Source: Candidatus Methanomethylicia archaeon
GTDB lineage: Archaea; Thermoproteota; Methanomethylicia; Culexarchaeales; Culexarchaeaceae
Direction of reading: 5' to 3'
DNA: 64,000 nucleotides
NCBI GenBank assembly: GCA_038727515.1
Contig: JAVYVS010000003.1
Location: 96,001-160,000 of the forward strand
The notes beneath the pieces are model-generated. The model did not search any database. It worked only from the letters and a program-made list of their open reading frames with translations, and was not told the DNA's origin. This document shows positions 41,303 to 53,169 of the stretch, one piece after another (positions within the stretch are counted from its first letter, which is position 1; each line of letters begins with the position of its first letter). Made by a program: the position numbers and the translations under genes.

Positions 41303-41403
41303 ATGCCGAAAAAAGAGTCAGCAAATATTCCTCTATTATGGATGAAGAGGTTAAGCGTTGGCTTAGAAACTTAGCTAGAGGAAGTCCCATAACAGCTGAA
41401 GTT
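41303..41403 (+). pseudogene. tyrosine integrase N-terminal remnant
   Basis: With one frameshift in an A6 run reads MPKK-RVSKYSSIMDEEVKRWLRNLARGSPITAEV, resembling the N-terminus of tRNA-targeting archaeal integrases; homology ends abruptly. Confidence 0.6.
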
Positions 41404-41496
41404 TTTAAATCAAAATTAGATAATAATGAAATTATCAATAATAATTCCTGTTAAAATGGTGAAAAATTTATTAAGAAAACCTTGGAAGAAATTACT

Positions 41497-42332
41497 GAAC
41501 TCATCGCAAAACCCTTAGGTATATTATTATGCATGTTATTTGTATGAATCCTAGGAATGTTGATGCTAGTCTTTCATATCTTATGGATAATCTTCTGAAT
41601 GATGTTATCCATGCGAAGAATCTTTCAACGGTGCTCCTCATGCTCTTATATGACTTCTTATTGAGCCTGTATGGTCTTCCATGCTTGGGCTTACGCCTCG
41701 AGTTGACATCTATGTTTGCTTTACTCCTCTACGCTTGAGGTAATCTCTAATCTCTCTAGCGTCGTATGCTGATTCTCCTATAACCTCTTTAGATCTGCTC
41801 CTAGGCTTACCATGCTTAACCCTCACATCTTCAAGGAGCTTTATGAAGCGTTTTGAGTCATGTTCATCTCCAGGCCCTACTTGAACGCTTAGCGGCAGGG
41901 CTTCACGTGATACAATGCATGGACCTTCGTGCCCTTAATATGCTTATATCCATCGTATCCAACTATCCCCCCTCCCTAGCTCTAATGGTTGTGCTGTCAA
42001 CGGCAACCCTATCTAGGCTTACCCATAGAATATCCCTTATCCATTAATGCTTTGAAAACATCAGCCCATACACCTTTAATACTCCAACGCTTAAACCTAT
42101 CCCAAGCAGTCTTATATGAGCCATACTTAGAAGGCATATCCATCCAACGGCAACCAGTAACAAGCCGTACAGTATTCCGTTAACAATAATCCTATCGTCG
42201 ATCCTAGGCCTACCAGTCCCAGCCCTAGGAGGAAGCAAAAACCTAATAAGCTCCCACTCACTATTAGTAAGCTCCCTAAACTCCATAACAAAACCCTACT
42301 CAGAAACATTTAAATAGTTTTCAGATGAATTC
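41497..42332 (-). mobile_element. IS5-family insertion sequence, degenerate
   Basis: Imperfect TIRs GAACTCATCGCAAAAC / GTTTTCAGATGAATTC (13/16 match) flanking a broken transposase. Confidence 0.8.
41501..42286 (-). pseudogene. IS5-family transposase, frameshifted
   Basis: ELTNSEWELIRFLLP..GRPR, TGCRWMDMP..YG, VDSTTI, YDA, RSTVERFFAW..FRRL..RYER spread over several frames. Confidence 0.88.
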
Positions 42333-42338
42333 AAAGTT

Positions 42339-42450
42339 TAATGTTAAATATGATTATATGATAATAAGTCATCTCTTGCTTTCTCCCACTCATATTGTCA
42401 TGACGACAACATGATTATCGTCATACTGTCGATAATCATATTTAACATTA
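42339..42450. repeat. 112-bp cassette bounded by perfect 19-bp inverted repeats
   Basis: TAATGTTAAATATGATTAT (42339-42357) / ATAATCATATTTAACATTA (42432-42450); internal ATGA..TCAT palindromes. Confidence 0.85.
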
Positions 42451-42540
42451 TCCAGACAGAACCAAGAATTAAATCACAAAGCTTATAAACTTTAATTTTC
42501 GACAGTATGAAAGAAATAATTTAGGGTAGAGGGTTTTTCG

Positions 42541-43941
42541 ATGAGTGTTCATTATAATGAGCGTTGGGCTCAGGGCGTCGTTTTGCAGTGGATTAATGAA
42601 GTTATTCGTGATTTTGGGGTTGGTTTAGTTAGGGCTGGTCAGAAGGTTCAGATGAGGGGCAGACAAAATTTGAGGCTGAGCAATGAAAGATTCTTTGAAG
42701 TAGCAAAGTATTGGGTGCTGCCCTTAATTTTAGGCTCAATAATTAGCTTAGCCATATTCCTCCTTGTCTACATTTACAAACTGCTAAATTATGCTTCATT
42801 TATTATTGTAAACTGGAATTCTTCATTTCTTTTAGCCTCAACAATTGTTGCACTCCTCGGAGGATATTTAACAATAAGACTGTTGGCGGAAAATAAAGAG
42901 TGCGGTTGCGGAACAGAACTTGTAATTGAAAGATACCATTTCAAAAACGGCTTTGTTAGCTTAAGAGATACCATAAGCAGAACTTTAGCTTCTGCGATAA
43001 CCATAGGTTTTGGTGGAAGCGCCGGATTAGAGGGGCCAAGTCTTTTGTTAGGTGGAGGAATCTCTTCTTTTATCGCTAGAAGGCTAAAGTTGGATCAAAA
43101 AGATGTAAAAACACTGTTTCTATGTGGAGCAGCAGCGGGATTTTCAGCGATCTTTAAGGCTCCATTGACGGGGATATTATTTGCCCTTGAAATACCTTAC
43201 AAGAGAGATGTTGAAACCGAGGTTTTTATTCCAGCATCTATTGCTTCTGTTACCGCCTATTTTACGTCCGCCATAACCCTTGGAACAGAAACCGTTTTTC
43301 CAACTCCAACATTTATTATACCAACTCTTTCCACCCTTATGCATGCAATTTTTCTAGGAATCCTAGCGGCGTTAGTTGCGTTGGCATTCATGGAAGCCCT
43401 TGAAAGAACAAACATCATAAGCAAACAGCTTGCCAGCAGACTTCCAATGTTGCTTATGACAATATTTGCTGGATTAATTCTTGGTTTTATGGGCTTGTTT
43501 TACCCTGAAGCACTTGGGCTAGGTTACGATTTCATTCACAAAATCACAATAGCCGGATTAGGAGAATTAACTTTGACAAATTTGACCGCACTTTTGATTT
43601 TAAAAATTGTAGCCACAAGCGTAACACTGAATTTCGGTGGAAACGGGGGGCTATTCATTCCATCGCTTTATGTTGGCGGCGCACTTGGGCTCATTTACGC
43701 ACAAACTTTGAACCTTGAGACGCCTGCTTTATATGTCATATTGTCAATGGCTGCAGTGCTGGCTGCGACGAGCAAAAGCCTTTTGACAAGTATAACTCTG
43801 GTTGCTGAAACTATGGGTCCAAGCTTTATAATCCCCACAGTTGTTTCCGCTGCTGTCAGCTATTTTCTTACGGGAAGCAGATCATTCTATAGAAGTCAAC
43901 TTGTGAATAAATTGCAGCAAGGCATGCTAGGATGTTGCTAA
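42541..43941 (+). CDS. ClC-family chloride channel/transporter (no CBS domains); true start possibly 42652 or 42670
   Basis: GCGTE, GGSAGLEGP, GGLFIP, FKAPLTG.LFALE and C-terminal SFY motifs. Confidence 0.92.
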   Translation: MSVHYNERWAQGVVLQWINEVIRDFGVGLVRAGQKVQMRGRQNLRLSNERFFEVAKYWVLPLILGSIISLAIFLLVYIYKLLNYASFIIVNWNSSFLLASTIVALLGGYLTIRLLAENKECGCGTELVIERYHFKNGFVSLRDTISRTLASAITIGFGGSAGLEGPSLLLGGGISSFIARRLKLDQKDVKTLFLCGAAAGFSAIFKAPLTGILFALEIPYKRDVETEVFIPASIASVTAYFTSAITLGTETVFPTPTFIIPTLSTLMHAIFLGILAALVALAFMEALERTNIISKQLASRLPMLLMTIFAGLILGFMGLFYPEALGLGYDFIHKITIAGLGELTLTNLTALLILKIVATSVTLNFGGNGGLFIPSLYVGGALGLIYAQTLNLETPALYVILSMAAVLAATSKSLLTSITLVAETMGPSFIIPTVVSAAVSYFLTGSRSFYRSQLVNKLQQGMLGCC

Positions 43942-44530
43942 ATTGATGTTTTCTTGTTTATTTTATGTGAGGGTTGCTATTGCCCTTATTTTGTCTGGTT
44001 TCCCAAGTTTTATGGCTGCTAAAGCTGTAAGCAGCATGGCTAAGATGCATAGTAAAGCGTGAACTAGTATGTTTCTTAAGCCTCTAACCTTGTGGTTTTC
44101 TAGGCTTAAATGCTGCTTGAGCCTTGAAATAGCCCTTTCAGCTGAAGCCTTAAAGGCATAAAGTCTCTTCAGCCTTTCAGGACCATGAGTCCTAAAGCTT
44201 TTGTCAACGCGTAGAAACTCAGCTTCAACAGGCTTCTGATTTGAAGGATATGGTATTACAGATTTTACTCCATAACTGACTATGCATCTCCTAAGCTTTT
44301 GGCTTGAATACTGAGAATCGGCAACAAAAACCTTCATTTGGCCATTAGAGGCTTTAATGGCTTTCTTCAGCAGTTTTGAAGCATGTTTCTTCTCGTTTTC
44401 ATTCGCAGGAGCAGCCAAGACGGCTAATGGAAGCTCTGAATTGGCGTCTACGGCTAAATGAAGCTTATAGCCAAGCCTATAGGTTTTACCGGCTCTACCA
44501 ACCCTAGCCTCCGGATCAGAGTATCCCTTC
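43929..44530 (-). mobile_element. truncated IS (DDE transposase, IS5/IS1182-like): C-terminal half plus one end
   Basis: SDPEARVG, GYKLHLAVD, ADSQY, ERAISRLK; putative TIR GGATGTTGCTAAA at 43930; N-terminal half absent. Confidence 0.8.
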
Positions 44531-44531
44531 A

Positions 44532-44744
44532 AGGATATGCCCAAACTGCGGAGAAGTTAATACAGTGCTAACTCACTTCTGCAAAAAATGCAACTTCCTC
44601 TTGGATTTAAGCCTAGCATGGAAAGAAAAGGATGAGGCTGTAGCTAAAGTTTTAGAGGTTTTAAAGCAAGATAATTGGTTTGTCGAAAAGGTGAAGAAAA
44701 TAATTAAAGAGCTAGGATTGGAGAGAAAATTCAAGGAGGTTTAA
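44532..44744 (+). pseudogene. C-terminal Zn-ribbon remnant, probably of a tyrosine integrase
   Basis: Manual translation RICPNCGEVNTVLTHFCKKCNFLLDL...KEV*; no start codon; abuts the truncated IS. Confidence 0.6.
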
Positions 44745-44817
44745 ATCTATAAAGAAAAACTTGCAATCTATGAGCAAGCTATTTATTCTCTATGCTTAAG
44801 AAAATTCAATACGCCTA

Positions 44818-45786
44818 ATGGAATCATTGCTAACAAAGACGTTTTAGAGGAAGACTATATTCCCGAAGGCATTCCTTGTAGGGAAGTTCAGAAGAAGGAG
44901 TTGGCTTTTTGCCTTTCTCCTGCTGAAAAGGAAAGAAAGCCCTTTGATTGTTTATGTCATGGAAAGCCTGGGACAGGTAAGACTGCCTTAGTTAAATATG
45001 TTCTTCGCCAACTTAGCGAAAGTACGGATGCTTTTGCATTTTACGTGAACTGTTGGGAGAATAGGACTTTAAATCAAGTTTTGGATGAACTTCTTAGACA
45101 AGCTCAACTACCAATTGTTGAGGCAAGCCATTCAGTCAAGCTTAGTGGGTTAAAGAAAAAGATTGGAAGCAAAGCTTGCGTTATAGCATTAGATGAAATT
45201 GATAAGCTCGATAGAAAAGAACTTAACGATATCCTTTACTTGCTGAAAGAGGTTGGAAGAGTCGGTCTAATATGCATATCCAATACGAGAAAGTATTTGC
45301 TTAACCTAGATCCAAGAGTTGATTCTAGGCTTAGCTTCAACTCGATAAACTTCCCCCCATACTCTAATGAAGAACTTATGGCAATTCTAAAGCATAGGAT
45401 AGTTGATTGTAAGGCATTATATCCTAATACTTGGTCAAAAGAAGTCCTTGAACGCATAACTGACTTAGCTTGCGGAGAATAGAACAAGAATTAGTTTGGA
45501 GGATGTTAAGAAGGCGTATGAGGAAGTTAAGGATATTAAGAGGAAGTATCTTCTAGAAAAGCTAGGAGAACATCATAAGCTGATTTATGAAATTGTAAAG
45601 AAAAATCCTAGCATAACATCAAGCGAGTTTTACGAAGTCTATAAGAAAGAAGTAAAAGAGCACGGACTAAATCCAAAGTCAGACAGGACATTTAACAATT
45701 ACATTAATGAATTGATTGAATTAGGATATCTGAAAGTTGATAGGGCTAAAACTAGAGGAAATATAAGATTATTTAACGTAGTTTGA
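44818..45786 (+). pseudogene. Cdc6/Orc1-like AAA+ ATPase with wHTH, disrupted
   Basis: VLEEDYIP...RE, Walker A GKPGTGKT, Walker B LDEID, SRL, FPPY; frameshift at start, stop at 45482, wHTH in a separate ORF 45496-45786. Confidence 0.85.
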
Positions 45787-45832
45787 ATAAACACTTTCAA
45801 TTTCTTCTACCATCAAGTTCAATTTATCCTCT

Positions 45833-46057
45833 TTGGAGTTACTAATCAAATTGGTTTCAATAATAACTGAAGGAGATATAAGAGTTGGATTAGAAATTTT
45901 GAGAAAATTTGGAGCTGAAAAGAAAGCTGAAGATAAGAACTTGAGAAAAATTACGATGGAAGAGATAAAGCAAGCCGCAAACAGAACTCCAGCAACATAT
46001 ATAAGTTCTTTAGCTGAAGATGACTCTAAAAAACTTCAACTTTTATGGATAAGTTAA
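45833..46057 (+). pseudogene. fragment of a second Cdc6/Orc1-like gene
   Basis: Sensor-2 region GDIRVGLEILRK...AE..ITMEEIKQA. Confidence 0.7.
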
Positions 46058-46553
46058 GACTTCTAATACCAATTGTTCAGAGTGTGATAAAACCGCTTGA
46101 TCATCTTTCAATTGCACTTCAAAGATACAACGATTCCCTGTTTAAGACGGATCCAATTGAAGGGCTTACTTATACCATTATGGGCTTGGAAGCATTGTTC
46201 CTTAAATCGCTAGAGCATGAAGAATTAGAACATAGATTAGCACAACGAGCTGCTAAATGTCTCAGTATAATTGGTTACCAACAACTAGAAGTATACAACA
46301 TCATAAAGCAGTCCTACGATGTAAGAAGCGAGTTCATTCACGGCTATTTAGTAAGCGAAGAAAAACGTCTCGATGCAAGTAAACTATGTGATAAAATCGT
46401 TGAATTCTTGCGAAGTTCTGTTATCGTATTCATGCAATTAAAAGAAAAGGTTGAAAAGAGAGCTTTTTGAGCAAGATTGATAGTGCTATGCTTTATCAAG
46501 ATGCGCTGACAAAATTAGAAAAGCTAATAGAAGAAGATTGTTTGATTAAATAA
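46045..46553 (+). pseudogene. HEPN (ApeA-like) domain fragment
   Basis: GLEALFL..E..ELEHRLAQR, YDVRSEFIHG (RX4H); tail continues in another frame to 46553; N-terminus missing. Confidence 0.72.
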
Positions 46554-46709
46554 GCGAACTATAGGAAACATAGATTCTTTCGACTCTATCCTCATTATTA
46601 ATGATGCGAAAATGTGAACGAGGATATGAGCCCATCTCCAGGCACCATACTTAAAGATTAAAATAAGCCAGAATCGCTTTTAGGACTCGCACCTAATTGA
46701 GTATAGATA

Positions 46710-46722
46710 CCACCGGGCCCGC
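46710..46722 (+). repeat. attR-like copy of tRNA-Arg 3' end
   Basis: CCACCGGGCCCGC identical to 41232-41244. Confidence 0.85.
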
Positions 46723-46820
46723 TATCTTTTCTATATTAGGCATTTTTATGTAGTATTTGATATCAATATTCTTAAACGGTTTATAATTAAAGCAATTGAA
46801 TTTACGTTTATTGATCGCAC

Positions 46821-47966
46821 TTATGATTTTTTAAGTATTTCATTCATTTCTTCTATGTATTTTGACCCTTCATTTTTAAAGTATTTTATGGCAGGTTTAA
46901 GTATTTCTATGAGTTTAGTTGCAACGAAAGATTTTAGATCCAATGGATGAATTTCCCCTTTACGATATGCTTCTTCCAACTCATGGAAATTTTGATAAAC
47001 TTTACGCTCATTTGTTTTTTGATTTAAAATTTCTATTTTATCTTCTTTTAAATGTCTTATAATCACATATTTTAATAACTCTAAAGGAGGGTTATATAGA
47101 ATTTCTTTGGGAGGGCAAAATGCGTTAAAGATTTTTCGCTTTATAGTATCTTCATCATCATGTATAAAAATTGCACTTTCTGGTTTTGATTTAGACATTT
47201 TGACTTCGATTAATTTATCTTCAATTAGTTCACTATTGTCAGATCTGTTTGCATTGATTAAGTCTAAGTAATCTTCTTTTTTAATATTTAGCCCCACCAA
47301 TATATGATGATGTAAAGCTATTGGCTTATATCCAAATGTTTTTTCTCCTATTTCAATAGCAATAATATGGGCTTTCCGTTGATCCATTCCTCCATGAGCA
47401 AGATTTACATTAAGTGAAAAAATATCTGCGACTTGCATAACAGGATATAGGAAATCAGAAAAATGTAAAGCTTCTTCTTTTCTTCTTCCCATTATTGATA
47501 TAGAGCGTCTGATTCTTGAAAAAGTTGTATTCATGGACACCTTTATAACATTTTCCAAATAAGAGAGTTCCATCTTCCCATAAAGATCTGAACCAAGGAT
47601 AAAATCGGTTTTTTCAGGATCCCCCCCAGAAATTTTAAGAGAGATTTTTAATGCTTCCTTAAAATACCCTCCCGCAACTTTTCTTATGGTGTCAAGATCT
47701 CCATTAAGTTTTCTATTTATCCATGAGTGATAATCTGCAAGGAAAACTGTGGTTTTTATACCGACTTTCTGTAGATCTGCGACTTTTTGCATGCACATCA
47801 ATCCAGTGCCTATGTGTACGAACCCTGAAATTTCAAGACCAATATAGTGTTTTAATGGTATTCCCAATTCAATATAATCTGCTAATCTTTCCTCAGTCAA
47901 TATTTCTTCCGTTGGAGGCAATTTTGCATAATGAAGAATCAAGTCTTTGTCCATTACTGCCCTCAT
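46821..47966 (-). CDS. tyrS: tyrosine--tRNA ligase
   Basis: YIGLEISGFVHIG, YPVMQVAD, GGMDQRKAH, KMSKS. Confidence 0.97.
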   Translation of the reverse strand: MRAVMDKDLILHYAKLPPTEEILTEERLADYIELGIPLKHYIGLEISGFVHIGTGLMCMQKVADLQKVGIKTTVFLADYHSWINRKLNGDLDTIRKVAGGYFKEALKISLKISGGDPEKTDFILGSDLYGKMELSYLENVIKVSMNTTFSRIRRSISIMGRRKEEALHFSDFLYPVMQVADIFSLNVNLAHGGMDQRKAHIIAIEIGEKTFGYKPIALHHHILVGLNIKKEDYLDLINANRSDNSELIEDKLIEVKMSKSKPESAIFIHDDEDTIKRKIFNAFCPPKEILYNPPLELLKYVIIRHLKEDKIEILNQKTNERKVYQNFHELEEAYRKGEIHPLDLKSFVATKLIEILKPAIKYFKNEGSKYIEEMNEILKKS

Positions 47967-48046
47967 AATAGTTTAAAATTAAACAAGGATAAGAGTTTTT
48001 TGTTATGTTATTATCATTATTTTATCGTTGTAATAATATTTATGAT

Positions 48047-48466
48047 TTAACTCTCTATCATGAATATTATCTGTATAGGATCTTTCGATCTTCTTATATG
48101 TGAAATCAAATTTCTATTGATATCACATGCTGCCTTACTTGCATTTATCAAAAGGGTTCTAGGACATACATAGTTGCTTTTTCTAATAACAATACTTACG
48201 TCATCACTTAGCGTTAAACGTGGATCCCCATAGCCAATTAAATGATCTTCAAAATTTCCAGCTTTAAGTATTACTTTCACCAAAACTTTACCCTTTAATG
48301 CTTCCTTAAATTTTTCAGAAAAATCCTTACAGGCTTTATTTGCTCTAATACCAATTATACAGTCTCCTTTTTTAGTCAATATACTTTCCTTTGTGATTTC
48401 AAAGGTAGATTTATGAGTAGCAACTATATTTGGATGCCCGTATGCGATGACTTCTTCAATGATCAT
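48047..48466 (-). CDS. DUF371 family protein
   Basis: GHPNIVATHKSTFEITKE..LTKKGDCIIG. Confidence 0.9.
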   Translation of the reverse strand: MIIEEVIAYGHPNIVATHKSTFEITKESILTKKGDCIIGIRANKACKDFSEKFKEALKGKVLVKVILKAGNFEDHLIGYGDPRLTLSDDVSIVIRKSNYVCPRTLLINASKAACDINRNLISHIRRSKDPIQIIFMIES

Positions 48467-48570
48467 ACTAGTTTTATTTTATAAATTGAAAAAATAAATT
48501 TTCACTTCTAACATGGTAAAAAGTTATTAAAATTTAATAATCAAGACTGGAATATAATAATTAGTATAAA

Positions 48571-49263
48571 ATGGCTATTAAAAAATCATTCGAAAATGAG
48601 AGAAAAGAACTTGTTAGGAAATTAATAATGGAAGGTGTATTGAAAACTTCAAACGTGATAAGAGCGATGTTAACGGTTCCGAGAGAAGAATTCGTACCAC
48701 AAAAATATAGAGATTTAGCATACATAGATTCACCGCTACCTACATTAGAAGGACAAACAATATCTGCACCTCATATGGTGGCAATAATGTGCGAATTATT
48801 AATGATGGATGTAGGTATGAAAGTATTGGAAGTGGGTGGAGGATCCGGATATCATGCAGCAGTTTGTGCAGAAATAGTTGCACCTAAGGAAGCGCCACGT
48901 GAAAATTGGGGGCATGTATACAGTATTGAAAGAATACCAGCTTTGGTTGAATTTGCAAGACAGAATTTGAAAAGGTGTGGATATGATGATAGAGTGGACA
49001 TAATTCTTGGTGATGGAACATTGGGATATCCAAAAGCCGCCCCCTTTGATAGAATACTTGTTACAGCTGCAGCACCAGATATTCCAGAACCCTTAATAAA
49101 TCAATTGAAATGTGGAGGTATAATGGTTATACCTGTTGGTGGAACATTCTATCAAGAATTAATTGTTTGTATTAAAAGAGAAAATGGGAAAATAACGAAA
49201 CATAGTGCTGGAGGATGTGTATTTGTACCATTAATTGGGAAATATGGATGGAAGAAAAGCTAA
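48571..49263 (+). CDS. pcm: protein-L-isoaspartate O-methyltransferase
   Basis: GQTISAPHM, LEVGGGSGY, APFDRI, FVPLIG. Confidence 0.96.
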   Translation: MAIKKSFENERKELVRKLIMEGVLKTSNVIRAMLTVPREEFVPQKYRDLAYIDSPLPTLEGQTISAPHMVAIMCELLMMDVGMKVLEVGGGSGYHAAVCAEIVAPKEAPRENWGHVYSIERIPALVEFARQNLKRCGYDDRVDIILGDGTLGYPKAAPFDRILVTAAAPDIPEPLINQLKCGGIMVIPVGGTFYQELIVCIKRENGKITKHSAGGCVFVPLIGKYGWKKS

Positions 49264-50306
49264 TTAAACCATCTTTTTAAAGTGGTTTGTTTAGATCTTT
49301 CTTCATAAATCTTTAGTACTTTATCAAGAGCTTTTTCAACTCTTTCTATTGAAAAATCATATTCTTCACATAGTATTTGTATAACTTTGTCTTTATTTGG
49401 TTTTTTCCACGTTAGGATATAGTCAGTAGTAACTTGTGGGTTTAAGAATAAATCTTTTATTTTGAAGGGATCTATTGGAAAAATTGCTTTATCTCCAAGA
49501 TATTCAAGTATTTTTGAGAAATTGGGGAATTGTTTAATAAGTTTTAATGCGGTTTTTGGTCCAATACCTTCGATCCCATCTGGATTGTAATCCGTTCCCA
49601 TTAATATGCCAATTTCAATGAGTTGATCTCTGGTTATATTTAATTGTGTAAGTAGTTTGACTAGATGTATTATTTCAGGTTTAACTTCTACGTAAACATC
49701 TTTTCTAGGAAGTTTTCTTTTACCACTAATAGTTAAATTTCTTAATAATCTAGGGGACCCAAAAAGTAGGGAATCATAATCTTGACTAGCAGTTGCCCAT
49801 GCATCACCTTTTTGAACCATGTATGCGCTTTGCGCTTCACCTTCTGAGGGGGCTTGAACCCAAGGTACACCTAATGCATCTAAAAGTGTTTTAGCTTCAT
49901 TAACCATATCCTCAGTTAATTGCGCCATTTGTTGAGCAAAAATACGAGCACTCTTGATATCACCAGATCTTATTGCTTCTTCGTATTTTTTAGCAGCTTC
50001 CTCCTTTCTTCGCTTCCTAGTTAATATCTCGATCTCTTTAAGTTCAGGAGGCTTTCCATCAAATACATAAGCTACCTTTATTTGAAGTTCTAATAAGTTT
50101 ATAGTCCTATAAAAAAGGCCGCTTAAATGACTTGTTATTCTGCCTTTACTATCTCTTAAGGGGGTGCCATCTGGTTGTCGAATGGTGGCAAGAAACTGAT
50201 ATAAAGCATTATACCCGTCTACTACGATAACTTTGTCTTTTAAAGAGGTTAATTCAATTTCTTCTATAGCTTCTTTTGGTATAATATCTCTTAAATCTAT
50301 TCCCAC
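49260..50306 (-). CDS. fen: flap endonuclease 1
   Basis: YQFLATIRQPDG, APSEGEAQ, SQDYD, GTDYN, PIP box QTTLKRWF. Confidence 0.98.
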   Translation of the reverse strand: MGIDLRDIIPKEAIEEIELTSLKDKVIVVDGYNALYQFLATIRQPDGTPLRDSKGRITSHLSGLFYRTINLLELQIKVAYVFDGKPPELKEIEILTRKRRKEEAAKKYEEAIRSGDIKSARIFAQQMAQLTEDMVNEAKTLLDALGVPWVQAPSEGEAQSAYMVQKGDAWATASQDYDSLLFGSPRLLRNLTISGKRKLPRKDVYVEVKPEIIHLVKLLTQLNITRDQLIEIGILMGTDYNPDGIEGIGPKTALKLIKQFPNFSKILEYLGDKAIFPIDPFKIKDLFLNPQVTTDYILTWKKPNKDKVIQILCEEYDFSIERVEKALDKVLKIYEERSKQTTLKRWFN

Positions 50307-50312
50307 AGTTTA

Positions 50313-50561
50313 TTACCCTGCAGCTAAACTTATAATCTTTTGCCCTTTTCTACCTGAAGATACGTTTATTTTCCCCCATAATTCTAGTTTTATAAGAGCT
50401 TTAATAAACTGGTTATATGAAAAATTACTGCCACTTTGTTTAATCTTATCGTATAATTCAGTTTCATCAAATGCCTTCTTAGGAGCCTTGTAAAGAAGGG
50501 ACATTATTACTAATTCTAGTGGTTCACTTGTCCATATAGAATTTTTATCTACTTTATCCAT
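50313..50561 (-). CDS. small winged-helix-like conserved protein
   Basis: 82 aa, FIKALIKLELWGKINV; lies between cdc48 and fen. Confidence 0.7.
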   Translation of the reverse strand: MDKVDKNSIWTSEPLELVIMSLLYKAPKKAFDETELYDKIKQSGSNFSYNQFIKALIKLELWGKINVSSGRKGQKIISLAAG

Positions 50562-50570
50562 AGCTTTCCC

Positions 50571-52805
<2,235 letters not shown>

Positions 52806-52883
52806 TTATTTGTTTGTTATGTAAGTTTGTAGATTGATAGCAAGAAATCATCGATGTTACTCTTTAACCTTTAAACAAGTCTA

Positions 52884-53153
52884 CTATATTCTGCTAACAT
52901 ATTCAACCTCTACTTGACTAACGTTAGGTATTTTACTTATAGCATCTTCAATAGAAGATGTGCCACCTTGTGTTTCTTCAGGCATAACTAAGGCTATTTT
53001 TAGCACATTAATACCAAAGGCAATAGGTTCCTTTACATAACTGCCTAAAACTACCCCTATGGGCAAAACCTCTTTTATTTCAGCTACTAATTGGTCTAAG
53101 TTTACATCTATAGAGGAGGGATACACTTTCAATAAGACATATACTTTCCCCAA
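52884..53153 (-). CDS. ef1b: elongation factor 1-beta
   Basis: EPIAFGINVL; TTG start at 53153. Confidence 0.93.
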   Translation of the reverse strand: MGKVYVLLKVYPSSIDVNLDQLVAEIKEVLPIGVVLGSYVKEPIAFGINVLKIALVMPEETQGGTSSIEDAISKIPNVSQVEVEYVSRI

Positions 53154-53169
53154 GAAGACCACCTTAAGT

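Larger units (their letters stand above)
41232..46722. mobile_element. decayed integrative element / genomic island at tRNA-Arg(CCT)
   Basis: 13-bp direct repeat CCACCGGGCCCGC at 41232-41244 (tRNA 3' end) and 46710-46722; contains integrase, IS, Cdc6 and HEPN remnants; visibly less AT-rich than flanks. Confidence 0.88.

Noticed and set aside
42339-42450. Possible mini-CRISPR array
   Set aside because: The repeats are inverted and short, with no repeat-spacer periodicity; no cas genes in the window.
42450-43941. Fluoride exporter CLC-F with a fluoride riboswitch
   Set aside because: The CLC-F signature motifs (GNNLI, GREGT) are absent and no riboswitch consensus is visible upstream.
46630-46647. 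CCCATCTCCAGGCACCA as a second att / tRNA 3' remnant
   Set aside because: Too short, and it matches no tRNA in this window.
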